Assembly (NCBI GenBank): GCA_050613775.1
Contig: JBODTK010000111.1
Location: 248,001-312,000 of the forward strand
Reading direction: 5' to 3'
Source: Neocallimastix sp. 'constans'
Lineage: Eukaryota
Length of the DNA stretch: 64,000 nucleotides
A program made the position numbers and the translations under genes. Under the pieces are notes generated by a model, which saw only the letters and a program-made list of their open reading frames with translations, was not told where the DNA came from and searched no databases. Positions 29,094-42,588 of this stretch are shown here, piece after piece (position 1 is the first letter of the stretch; every line of letters starts with the position of its first letter).

Positions 29094-30146
29094 TGGTTTC
29101 ATTTAATTATTATAAATATCTTACACATATTCCTTTTTCTGCTAAAGAATAGTTTTCTATTATTTTCACTACTTCGGTATAATTTTGACCATATTGTATT
29201 GCTGACCAACCACTATCATCTAATATTTCTGGAGACGCATTATATTGCATCAAAATTTGAACAACTGAAGTATGACCATCACGAGCTTAAATTTATTATA
29301 TTATATTATATGATATTATAATTAAAATTATATTAAATATCATATATATATTGATATGTTAATTAACAGAAATAATTTTATAAATTTTATTTGAACGTAT
29401 TTATTCCTTTACCTGCATACATCAAAGCGGTTGCACCATTTTTATCCTGACCATTTACGTCTGCACCTTCTTCAATCAAAAGTTTAACTAATTTTGTTTT
29501 TCCTAAATATGAAGCAAGACATAATGGTGTAATACCTCTTAATCCGGGATTATTTTGTGGTAAATTTACAACATTGTTAAAATCTTCTATTCCACTTTTT
29601 CTCAACCATTTTAAAAAAATTTTTGCAATTTTTAAATGATTATCAGTTATTTGAACAATTTTTGAGTAATTTTCTGGTGTTACTAATAATGTATCCAATG
29701 AACCATATAAACAGCAGATAAATGGAGTCCTAATATTATATTTATATATATTTAAAAAAAAGTTAATTCAACCTTAATTCAAAAAAACAAGAAGATTAAT
29801 TTCAATTTTAAGAAAAAAATAATTAAATAAGCACACACCTTCCACGACCATCCCTTACTTTAGGAGATGCTCCATTTTCTAAAAGTAATTCAATTGTTTC
29901 TACATTGCCTTTTATTGAAGCCAAATTTAGTAATGTCGTATAATATTTAGGTGAATCAATTTCATAATTTTCTTTTGCTTCTGATTCCTCAATTACTTGT
30001 TCAATTTCTGAATTCCAAGGTATTAACTCATTTAAATCAATATCTTTATTCTCATTAATTAATAATCTTATTTTTTCAATGTTATTTGAAAATGCAAAAT
30101 TTGCTAACATAGATTTTATATTATTTGTATTATTTTCAGTAATCAT
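23501..30146 (-). CDS. Large ankyrin-repeat protein with coiled coils and N/Q/acidic low-complexity C-terminus, 5 exons, ~1993 aa
   Basis: Exons 30146-29839, 29729-29413, 29285-29125, 28856-28494 and 28333-23501 join in frame through GT-AG introns. Ankyrin motifs include GITPLCLASYLGKTKLVKLLIEEGADVN, GATALMYAARDGH, GRTALHYL and GNTALHYAV. Confidence 0.88.
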
Positions 30147-30704
30147 TTTAATTAATATATTATAATTATGTCTTTTTTTTACTCTAAAACAAATTAAAAT
30201 TCAAATTATCATTTAAACATTATTATATAATAATTATGTTTTAGTTATACTTTTTATATTTTTTTTTGTTAATTCTTAATATATATATTTATAACAAAAA
30301 CTTTAATAAATATAATTAAAATTATAATAGATAGATTTCAAAATTTGAATGAAAAGATGAAAAAAATATATTATTCCAAAAAATGATTATATTAAAATAA
30401 AAATAAAATAATTTTAATAATAATAATAAAATAAGATTTAATATTTTTTATGCTATAAATAAAGTTTTAAAATAATAAAAAAAGAAAAATACTATTATTA
30501 TTAAATTTTTAAAAACTTTTTTTTTAAATTGAAATAAAATTGAATTTTTAAAATGAAATATTTACAATAGTAATAAGTAATTTAAATTAGAATTCTTATT
30601 TAATAATTTATACTGTATTTGCAAAATTTTATTAATAAAAATAAAAATTCTTAATTTTAAAATGGGTATCTAACATATTTTATCAAATTTTGAATTCTTA
30701 ATTT

Positions 30705-30736
<32 letters not shown>

Positions 30737-31712
30737 TAAATAATAATAAATATATCTATTATTTTTAAGTATTTATTTGGCCTTTATATTTTTTCTAAAT
30801 AGTATTAAGAATTTTTTTTTTTTTTTAACAAAAAAAAATATAAAAAATTAAATTATTAATAATTTTATTTTCTTAATAAAAAAGAAATAAATAAATAAAT
30901 AAATAATAATAATTGAAAGAATTTTTCAATGATATTAATATATTACCAGTTTAATGATATTATATGATTTCTATTAGATAAAAATTGATTCATTTTTCAA
31001 AATTACCATATTAGCAAATTAAAAAAAAACAATTGAGAATTATTTATATTAAAATAATACTAAAATAAATGGTAAATAGAATAACAAATATATTAATATG
31101 TTCTGAAAATTAAAGTTTATTCTAATTAAAAAATAATAATAATAATTGAATATACAATCATTCTAATTATTACTTAGATATTATCAATATTTATTTATTT
31201 ATTTATTATTTATTTATTTATTTATTATTAATTAATTAATTTATTTATTTATTTATTATTTATTATTATTTATTATTTATTATTTATTATTTATTATTCA
31301 ATTATTTAATTATTCAATGATTTATTATTTATTATTATTTATTATTATTTATTTATTTATTTATTATTTATTATTTATTATTATTATTCAATTATTTATA
31401 TATTTATTATTTATATATATATTTATTATTATTTTATTATTTATTTTATTACCTATTAATTATTAATTATTAATTATTAATTATTAATTATTAATTATCA
31501 TTTATCATTTATCATTTATCATTTATTATTTATTATTTATTATTTATTATTTATTATTTATTATTTATTATTTATTATTAATTATTTATTATTTATTATT
31601 TATCATTTATTATTTATTATTTATTATCTATCATTTATTTGTATGTTTAATATATATGTAATTTTATTGTTGTCAACTAAATAAATTTAAATCAACCTTT
31701 TTATTTTATTTT

Positions 31713-32129
31713 ATCTTTCCAGTTTTTATCCTAGTAGTTAGTACTCGGAAAAAATGCAACCCTGTGACTACCTCCTGAATTTATATTGGGGAGATTTTCA
31801 TCCTTTCAGGGTTTTCCCTATAAACAAAGTTAGTGTTCGATCGCCATGGTAAGTATTCCTGTTGCTGGACTATATAATTGCTAATGTAAAGACCAGCTTG
31901 ATTTGTGAGAAGATTAGAGTAGTTTTTCCTTCCTTGATGATAGTTCAAGAGACTACTGAAAAGAAGTCCATCGAATAAAGAGGCATATTGTGAATGTCTT
32001 TTATATTAGTTTTGCTTAGAGAAAGATCTGCGTCGACGCCGAAATGGTATGGAAAAGAATCTAATGAAAGTCTGATACGTTTATGGAAGAGACTGGGGGT
32101 CCCCTCTAGTTAATCCCAACCTAAAAAAA
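31713..32129 (+). mobile_element. SINE-like element family A, copy 2
   Basis: Reverse-complement homolog of 17580-18014 (shared cctgaatttat, gattttcatcct, gttcaagaga, ctgaaaagaagtcc, agagactgg). Ends gttaatcccaacc-taaaaaaa. Confidence 0.78.
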
Positions 32130-33040
32130 TATATTATACATTAATTTATATATTTTATTTTATTTATTTTAATTTATCCTTATTTTTATTTTTATTTTTT
32201 TTTTTTTTAAAATTTTTTTTGGTAGAACTTTAATAATACCAATAAAATTTATTAACATGTTTTATTTTTAGCAATTTTTATTAACATATTTTTTTTAATA
32301 TGAATGTCATTAATGAAAAAAAAAAAAAAATATAAATGCAATATCTTCAAATTATTTTTTTTTTCTCGGTTATTCTTTATTTAAATAAATTTCAAATAGA
32401 AATTTTTAGTGCATAATAAATATACTTTATGTGTAAATAGTTATAGATAAAACAAACTATCGCACATTAATAATAAATAGAGTTCTTAACTTTTTAATTT
32501 AAATATAAAACCAATCCTTTCAATTATTCATTATTCAAAAAAAATTTTAAAATAAATTATTATTCAATTTAACCTTATATATTTTAATTAAAAATACTTA
32601 TATATGAAAGTTTATATATTATTTTTTTAAAATATTTTAATTAAAAATATTTATTTCCAAATGTTAATATCTTTATATATATATATTTTTTATGAAATAT
32701 GTTACATTAATTAGAAATATATATTTCTGTTTAATATATTTTTATTGAACATATCTATATAATATATATTTTTGCAATATATAATATGTAATTTAATATT
32801 TTAATCCACTAATTAAATTATTTAATTACAAACATTCTTATAAAATATTATCTATATATTTAATAAAATGTTCAATATATTAAATTTTAGATCTTTTTAA
32901 TTTTTACATAATATCATAACAGATATAACTGTTATGATATTATGTGATATTTACTAGCATACTAGTACAGCGTCCCCCCTCCACACGTCGTTACACGTTT
33001 GTCTTCTGGATACCACTGATAAATTTTTAATATATTTATA

Positions 33041-33071
<31 letters not shown>

Positions 33072-33260
33072 CTTAATTATTCAACATCAATTAAAAAACA
33101 TATAAAAATTTATTATTTATAATTTTTTTTTTTAAAAAAAAAAAAGTATTTAATCTTAGTATTGTTAAATTATTATAATTATCATTCAATAACAAAATGT
33201 GAAAACTTTTATATTTAAATATTTTAACTATATGTGTCAAATTAAATAGGATATATAATA

Positions 33261-33293
<33 letters not shown>

Positions 33294-33578
33294 AAAATAA
33301 AAATAAAATAAAAATAAAAAAAAGTAAAAAATAAAAAATAAAAAATTAAAATATTTTATAACATTTATTAATTATTGGAATTTTATTTTTATTATTTCCT
33401 TTTTTTTTTTTTTTTTCTATTAATATTAAAAACTTTATATTTTTTAAAAAAAATTTTAAAAATTTTTATATTATTTATACTGTTTAATAATTATATTTAT
33501 TATTTAAACTATTAAAAAATATTAAAGAAATTTAAATAATGATAAAATGCAAATATATAAATACATAAATATTAAATG

Positions 33579-33623
<45 letters not shown>

Positions 33624-33814
33624 TAAAAAGGAAAAAGCAAATTAATAATTGTAAATTAAAATATTTTTATTGAATTTGTTTATAATAAATAATCTATTTT
33701 AAGAAATAAATTTAATTAATGGTATACATATATTTGTATATTAATAATTGTAAATTGTTTTTAATAAATATTTTTAGAATTTAATAGGCTGTTAATAGAT
33801 ATGATATATATTTA

Positions 33815-36208
33815 TTATTGTGAATTTAAGAAATTATTAATGGAATAATTATATAATGAATCATTAATAACACGCATTTGATTTGAATATCTTTCTAATT
33901 CTGTTATTCTATTTTGTAAACGTTCTATTTCATTTTCTGAAGCTTTCTTAACTCCAAGCGTTTTATCCGTTTGATTAGTCATATCTTCTAATATGTTATT
34001 ATCTATTATATATCAATCAATAAGAATTACTATTTATATTATATACTAATTAAATATGTATTATATATATAATATTTATATATCTTACATGATGTTTTAT
34101 ATTTATTTTCCAATTCATCCAATTCCTAATATATAAAATATTTTGTTTTAAATAATAAATATATAAATATATAAATATATAAATATATATTTATATAAAA
34201 TAATTAAATAAAAAATTAATAAACAATTTTTATATTTTTTTAATGGTTTTGATTTAAGTAATTATTTTATTACATTAGAATATCCAATATATTGAGTTTC
34301 AATTTCTTGATTCATTCCTTCCATTTCATTTTCAACGAATCTTTTTAATGGTTTTATTAATGGTAATGGATATTTACTTTGATTATCAAGTAAATCAATT
34401 GGTCTTAAAATTACTTGAACATTTGTTATTTTACCTTAATAATAGAATATATGTATATAATAATATGAAAATTATATAATAATAATAATAATAATAGGAA
34501 AAAAAAAAAAGATATATAAATAATAATAATAATAGGAAAAAAAAAAAAAGATATATAAATATTTATATATAATTAATATTTAATTGTAATTATGTATTCA
34601 AGTTATAAATTATATATTATATATTCACCTTTACAATGAGCGAATGATTTTAGCTGTTGTTGGCTTTCAGCATCCCAAATAATAATTTTTTCATCATCTG
34701 ATGCTGAGACCAATAAACTACCATCAAAGGAACAATCAAGACTATTAATAGCTTGAGTATGTCCTTTAAATACTTTAGCATCTTTATTGTTTGTTGAAAA
34801 ATCAATTATACCTTCTGGATGAACATTAAGATCAACTTTAGTACCATATTGACTATTTTTAGATTTTGAATATAAATCAATACAATATATTAAACCATCA
34901 CCTCCACCAACATATATATTGGTTTCAGTTGGATTCATTGCAACTGCTCTAATATTAGTTGGTACAACAATTGTTGCTAAACATTTACCATTTGATAAAT
35001 CCCAAATCTTTTAATGAAAAAAAAAAAAAATTATATTTATATATATATTAAATTAGTTTTAAAATTAAATAAATAAAATAGATAATATATATATATTACA
35101 AAGAAATAATGATTACTTACTTTACAAGAACGATCTAATGAAACAGTTACAACTCTTGAATAATTCATTAAACCTAAACCACAAATTAAATCTGTAATTG
35201 GTAATGTATGTTCTGTCCAAGTATAATATGGTGTAATTGTATTTCTTGTTGGTTGATTATTTATTAAACTTTAAGAATTAAATTAATATTATTAGTTATA
35301 ATAATATCCAAATTTTAATTTATAAATATTATTTATAAATAATAATAATAACACGCACTCATTTAATAACCAAACTTTTACAATACTATCTTCTGAACCA
35401 GTAATTAATGCTGCATCGTCTGATGTAATTTTCATAACATTAATTGCTTTATAATGGGCATCAATCATTTTGATTAATTTTCCTGTAGTAACCTTTTTTA
35501 AATATATATTTTAATAATATAGATATATATATTTCATTACATAAATATATGTATTAATTATAATTATAATTTATTTTATTATATGATTTTTATCTAATTT
35601 TAAATATAATTCATTTTATTTCTATACATCCATAATCTTATTTTAAATAATAAATTTTTATAATTTATTATGTTACCTCCCAAACATAAATTTTTCCATT
35701 TTCAGAACCACCAATGAAATAATTGTTATTATTTGTAATTATGACAGAACTTAATTTTTCAGGTACTGTAAATTTATATAATAATTGATCCTTTTATATA
35801 TATATATATATATTTTAAAATATTGTATATCCAAAAAATATTTAATAAATATTAAAAATTATAATTATTATTTTTATAATATATAAAATTTGAATCTTTT
35901 ATTTCTTCTTTTATATATAAGTACATGTATATATATAAATCCATTATTTTTATTTTTTTTAATATACATAAAAACAAAGAAATAGTAAATACCTTTCTAA
36001 ATGACCAAACGTTGATTTGAGGACGATCATTTTGAGCACTATAAATGTAAGCTTTTCTTGCTGGTTGATATAAAGGAGATAAAAGAGCTAAAGCATGGGT
36101 ATCTGTTTTATTTCCCTTAAAAGTTGTTAATAATGTTCCTGAACGAATATCCCAAATATAAATAAATGCATCATTAGATGATGTAGCTACAACAACTTCA
36201 GATATCAT
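33815..36208 (-). CDS. IPI3: WD40 protein Ipi3/WDR18 (Rix1 complex, pre-60S processing), 8 exons, ~458 aa
   Basis: Exons 36208-35993, 35790-35677, 35492-35359, 35268-35121, 35007-34629, 34434-34274, 34125-34089 and 34002-33815 join in frame. Motifs: IYIWDIRSGTLL, VPEKLSSV, AHYKAINV, EHTLPITDL, VSLDRSCKIWDL, GHTQAINSLD, LLVSASDD, plus a C-terminal coiled coil. Confidence 0.88.
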
Positions 36209-36567
36209 TTTTAAATGTTATAATAAATATTTTTATAAAATGAAGTTTAAAATTTTAAGTTCAATTTATATTATTAAAAATTTAATTACAACAGATTTCA
36301 AATGTAATTCAATTTAACTTAACAAATATATTTCAATTATTTTATACAAAATATATTGTATAATATAATATAATATAATTTTTTTTTTTTTTTAAAAAAA
36401 AATAAAAAAAAAAAATAATTAAATATGTAATATATTATTAATAGTTATTTTGTTATTTCAAAATATATTATTATTATATTTTAAATGTTAAAATCTTTAT
36501 TTTTTACCAATCATGCTATTTAATAATATGTGAAAGAAAAATAATGTATAAATAATAGTAATGTAAA

Positions 36568-36870
36568 TAAGTTAATAAATAAATTAATAAATAAATAAAT
36601 TAATAAGTCAATAAATAAATAAATAATTTAATAAAATAATTAATTAATAAATAAATCAATAAATAAATTAATAAATAAATAAATTAATAAATAAATAAAT
36701 TAATAAGTCAATAAATAAATAAATAAGTTAATAAAATAATTAATTAATAAATAAATCAATAAATAAATTAATAAATTAATAAATTAATAAGTCAATAAAT
36801 AAATAAATAAGTTAATAAAATAATTAATTAATAAATAAAAGTCAATAAATAAATAAATAAATTAATAAAT
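36568..36870. repeat. Compound (aaat)n / aattaata tandem array in the IPI3-pheA divergent promoter
   Basis: Repeated blocks aataagtcaataaataaat...aattaataaataaatcaat. Confidence 0.7.
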
Positions 36871-37352
36871 TGTTATCTTTTTTTTTTTTATTATTTGATT
36901 TTTATATAATTTAATTTAAATTTTACGAGGAATTAAAAAAAATTATTTTTGTGTTAATTAATGATCTAATAAAAGAATTAAATATATTAATATTTTAATA
37001 TATGATAATTGTATAATTTAGATATAGATCAATTTATTAAAAATTGATCATCTTTAAAAAAGTAAAATTTATTTTAAAATAAATACAAAAATTTTAGGTT
37101 TTTTTTTTTATTATTTTATTTTTTATTTTATTTTATTTTTTTTTATTTTATTTTATTTTTTTTTATTTTATTTTATTTTTTTTTTTTTTTATTTTATTTT
37201 GTTTTTTCATTTTTTTTTTTCTCCCAAAAAATACAATTAATAAAATATAAATATATAGAATAAATAAAATTAAATATAATTAAAAATCATTATAAATTTA
37301 AGTATATAAATCTTGAAATTTAATATTTTATTAAATACAATATAGCTAAAAT

Positions 37353-38739
37353 ATGCCAAATCAAATTGATGATTTAAGAGAACAAATTGATAATTTAGAT
37401 ACTTCCATTGTATCTTTATTAAATGGTAATTTTTAAATATTTAATAATATGCAAATAAATGATAAATAAAATAAAAATTCCTATAATATATGTATATTTA
37501 ATTAAATGGTATAATATTTCTTTTTCAGAAACAAACAAACAAAAAAAAAGCCCACAATATTTTTACTAAAAATATTATAATATAGATGAAACATAATCTT
37601 TTGCATTTTTTTTTTTTTTTTTTTATTTTAATATAAATAATATTAACATTTTTTTTCAAAAATATTGATAATCATATATATTATATATATTATTATGTTA
37701 AATCTATTTTTTTCATTTTTAATTTAATATAACTATTATTTGCATTCAATTTATTTTATTATTATTTTTTATATTTCTTTATTTATTTTAAATATATATA
37801 TCCAATTCTTATTTCAATTAATAATATTAGTATTATTAATATTAACAATTAATATAAAAATAACATCAATCTTTTCCTCTATTAATAATATATATATGTA
37901 TATATTTTGTTCATTATAAAAAATATATATTTATATTTTAATTCTAAAGAGCGTGCATTATTAACCCTTGATATTGACAATGTTAAGAAGGAATTAGCAA
38001 AGTATATTTCAAGTTTTTTTTTTTTTTTTTTTTTGTACTCAAAAAATAAAATAACAATAATAACTTAATATTAATCAAATAACTTTACCAAATTTTTTAA
38101 TCAATTTTTAAAAATTAATAATTTAATTATAGTGAAGAAATGAAAATTAATGAACCACATGATCCAGCAAGAGATTTAGAAGTTTATGACCAAGTAAATA
38201 TTTATTAAAATTATTTTAAATATTTCAAATTATTATTTGAAATGGAGTTTTATAAAATAAATTTAAAAATGTTATATTAATTATTGTATACCCGATATAT
38301 ATATCAATATGTTAATAACCTAAAATAAATATTTTGGTTTATGATATATTAATATTAATGTTTTTTTTAGTTTTTTGGTTTTATATATATATATATATAT
38401 TTTTTTATTTTTTAAAAAAATTTTTTTTAAATACATTAACTATTATCAAACCAATTAAAGATTAAATATATTTATATCATTAACTTATTATTTTGTTATT
38501 CTAATTTATAAAAAATTATACATATTAATAATTTTATTTCATGTGCTCATTTATTAATTGTAAAATTAAGGTACAAAAAATGAATAAAGGACCATTACCA
38601 AATGATACTTTAGTTAATATTTTTAGAGAAATTATGTCAGCCTCTTTATCATTGAATAAAGAAGTTAAAATTAGTTTCTTGGGACCAAGAGGAACTTATA
38701 GTCACCAAGTATATAATTAAATAATTTTCTAATTTATTA

Positions 38740-38778
<39 letters not shown>

Positions 38779-39914
38779 TATTTTTAATTAATTATATTAA
38801 AAATGAATTAAATTTAATTAAATTAAATAGGCTGCTGTTAGTCGTTTTGGAGATAGTGTTCTCTATTCTAATCAAAGAACAATAGCTGGTTAGTATTACA
38901 ATATATATATATATTTCCTTCCAAATAAAAAAAGATGAGAATTTTATAAATTTAAATCTTTTTAAAATAAATTTTAATAACATTTATAAATTTATTTTAA
39001 TTTTATTTATAGATGTATTTAGATCGATTGAAAAGAAACAAGCTACTTATGGTGTTGTACCATTTGAAAATTCAACTCATGGAACTGTAACCCAAACTAT
39101 TGATGAATTAATTAAAACTCCAGTTAAAGTTAGAGCTGATCTATATCTTCCTGTAAATTTTATTATTATTATTATTATTATTTAATTTTAATTTTATTAT
39201 TATTATTATTATTATTATTATCATTTTATCATTATTTAATTTTAATTTTAATTTATATGATTAATTGAAGAAAAAAAAAATGTAAGCAAGTATAATATTA
39301 ATTATTTTATTTTATATATAAAATTCAATTAATTCATATTAAATTAGATTCATCACCAATTCTTATCAAAATCTTCGGATTTATCTGAAATTACAAAAAT
39401 TTACAGTCATCCGGAAGTAAATATTTTTTTTTTCGATTTTTTTTTTTTTTTATTTTTATTTTGAATTTTGAATTTATTTAAATTAAATAATTTAATATTA
39501 ATATTTCAAATAAATATATTATTTATTAATTTCAATATATAAACCTTAAAAGGCTATCGGTCAATGTTCTAAATGGTTAAACTCAAAAATGAGAAATATT
39601 CAAAGAATTCCAGTATCTTCTACTAGTCATGCAGCTGAACTTGCATCCAAAGAATTAGGAGCTGGTGCTATTTGTAGTTTGGTTTGTGCTGATATATATG
39701 GTTTAAAGGTTTTAGATAGAGATATTGAAGATATTCAAGGTAAGAAATTGTTACCTACATATATATATTATATATATTATAAAAGCATTAATATACAAAA
39801 ATAATATAAATATTATGTATATGTTAAATATTACATAAATAATAATATAGTTTTAATCAATATAATCCATTTAATTTAATTTAATTTAATTTTTATTTTT
39901 ATTTTTATATTTTG

Positions 39915-39949
<35 letters not shown>

Positions 39950-40001
39950 GTTTTTTTTTTTTTTTTTTTTGTTTTTATTTTTATTTTTGTTATTGTTTTT
40001 A

Positions 40002-40042
<41 letters not shown>

Positions 40043-40361
40043 TAATACCACAAGATTCTTTGTTATTGGTCAATCTTATGAAGGACCATCTGGTCATGAT
40101 AAAACTGTTTTCTCATTCACGGTTGATCATCGTCAACCAGGTGCATTATGTAATACCCTTGCTGTATTTAAACAACATAATATTAATATAACAAAAATTG
40201 ATTCAAGACCATCTCATCAACATCATTGGCATTATATTTTCATTTTAGAAGTAGAAGGTCATATTGAAGATGAACCCTTAAAGAAAGCCTTTGCAGAATT
40301 AAATGATTATTGTATTGATATTAATATTATTGGTTCTTATCCAAGATCTGAAGAAATCTAA
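37353..40361 (+). CDS. pheA: Bifunctional chorismate mutase (AroQ) / prephenate dehydratase with ACT domain (P-protein-like), 9 exons, ~365 aa
   Basis: Exons 37353-37425, 37950-38001, 38133-38193, 38571-38708, 38831-38888, 39013-39152, 39348-39416, 39553-39739 and 40042-40361 join in frame. Motifs: DLREQIDNLD..IVSLLNERA, DPARD, GPLP..IFREIMSASL, FLGPRGTYSHQAA, YGVVPFENS, YSHPEAIGQC, DNTTRF, PGAL..NITKIDSRP. Confidence 0.93.
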
Positions 40362-40647
40362 ATTAAATTAAAAAATAATAATTAATAATAACCAAACATA
40401 AAATAACCAAATAACCAAACATAAAATATAAAATAAGATATATAATAAGTACAAAACAATATATATATATATATAAAGAAAAAAAAATTAAAGAAAGCAT
40501 CAAATGATGCATATATTTATATATTAATAATAAGAAAAAATATATATATATTATTGAATTATTCTTTTTTCATTTTTTCATTTTTTTTTTTTTTTTTTAT
40601 ATTTTTATTATTATTGCTATTATTTACTATTATTTATTTTTTTTCAT

Positions 40648-40696
<49 letters not shown>

Positions 40697-41093
40697 ATTA
40701 TTTTATATATAATTATATTTAAATATATAATGATAATTAAAATAATACAATATAGAAATAACTTAGATATAAATAATATATAAATTAATATAAATATTAA
40801 ATTTTATATATAAAAAAAAATGTTATTTTATAATACTCTTTTTTTTTAAAAAAAAAAAAAAATTATTTAAAATATTTAAAATATTTAATTTATTTTTTTA
40901 TTATTACTAATCCAATATAATCCTTTATTAATACATGTTTATATATAATGAATTTAAATTTTTTTTTATAATATCTATTCTTAAGCTCTTAAATAAATAA
41001 TAAAATATATAATTGTTTTTACTACTATTATTATTTTTTTTTTTTTAATAAATATTTATTATTATTTAATCATTCATATACCTATAAAATATT

Positions 41094-41140
<47 letters not shown>

Positions 41141-41337
41141 AAAATATTCAAAAAAAATAAAAAAATAAAAAAATAAAAAAATAATAAAAACACCAAAAAA
41201 AAAAAAAAAAAAAAACACCAAAAAAAAAAAAAAAAAAAAAAAAAAAATTATTTTTATTATTATACAAGCAAAATGTAATTTTTTAAGATAATAATAATTT
41301 ATTTATTTATTTATTTTTATTTTTATTTTTTTTTGGG

Positions 41338-41640
41338 GGGATCGTTCATTTCGCAATCGTTTATTTCTCATTCATGCATTTCACAACATGGCTTATAAAA
41401 TTTTAAAATAAAGCCATACATTATTATGATACTCTATACAATCATAAAATAAATATATAAATAATTATTATTTTAAAAAATTATAATATATTCAATTAAA
41501 AAAGAATTATAAAAAATTATTTTTACAGTAAGAATATTTATTATTTATTTAATTATTATTTATTTAATTATTAAAAAACAAGCCTCATACGAAAATACCC
41601 CACATTGCGAAATGTACGATTACGAAACACACTAGTTTCT
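41338..41640 (-). mobile_element. Degenerate MITE family C copy, reverse orientation
   Basis: catttcgcaat...tggcttataaaatttt..aataaagccatacatt...ccacattgcgaaa...cactag matches the reverse complement of 51440-51812. Confidence 0.65.
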
Positions 41641-42556
41641 TTTTTTTTTTTCATCATATTCTTGTCTTCTTGAAAAAGTAGATTCATTTTACAATTCTTT
41701 CTATATATTAGGAAAATATTATTAACATTTAGATTAACAATTTATAACTTTTTTTTTATTGATTCTTTTGATTGAATAAGCTAGGAAAAATTCATTATCT
41801 TTAATAAAGAATATAATATTTCATGATTCCAACCTTTAATATTGATATTAATTTTTTTTTTTTTTTTTTTTATTATTATTATTAATATCATTAATAATAA
41901 AAAATATTATAAGTTTTTTTTTTGTTGTTGTTGAAATAAAATTTTATATTGTATTGTAAATTTACTTTTAGATGAATAATTTAAAATCCTTCATTTATAA
42001 TTTATTATAATAAATTATATTTAATTAAATTTTCCATTTGATCATACTATATTCAAAAGTATCTTTAATTAAAAGTATATAGTTTTTAGATGACTCAAGA
42101 AGAAATAATTAAAAGTAGCAATAAGATAATTCAAAGAAAATAATAATAATAAATAACAATAATATTTTAATTAATTAATATATTTTTTTTAGTTAATATA
42201 AATAATAAATTTATAATAAATGTGAATTTTTACAATTAATAAAAATAACTTATGAAATTCATTATAATGATTAATATATGCCCAAAAAATTAAATCTAAT
42301 AAATTAAAATCTATTAATATTAAGGTCAATAAGATTTAAAATTAAAATTCATTATTATAAGTTATGGCACTATAGAACAAAATTAGTAAAAAATTAACAG
42401 TAATAATAATAAACCTTTTATAATAATAAAAAAAAATCAAATTGAGGGAGACAGAATACTTTTACATTTATTATAATAAATATAAATAATAAAATAAATT
42501 ATAAAATAAATATCAAATATATGTATTTTAATATATATTTGATATGTTTAAATACA

Positions 42557-42588
<32 letters not shown>

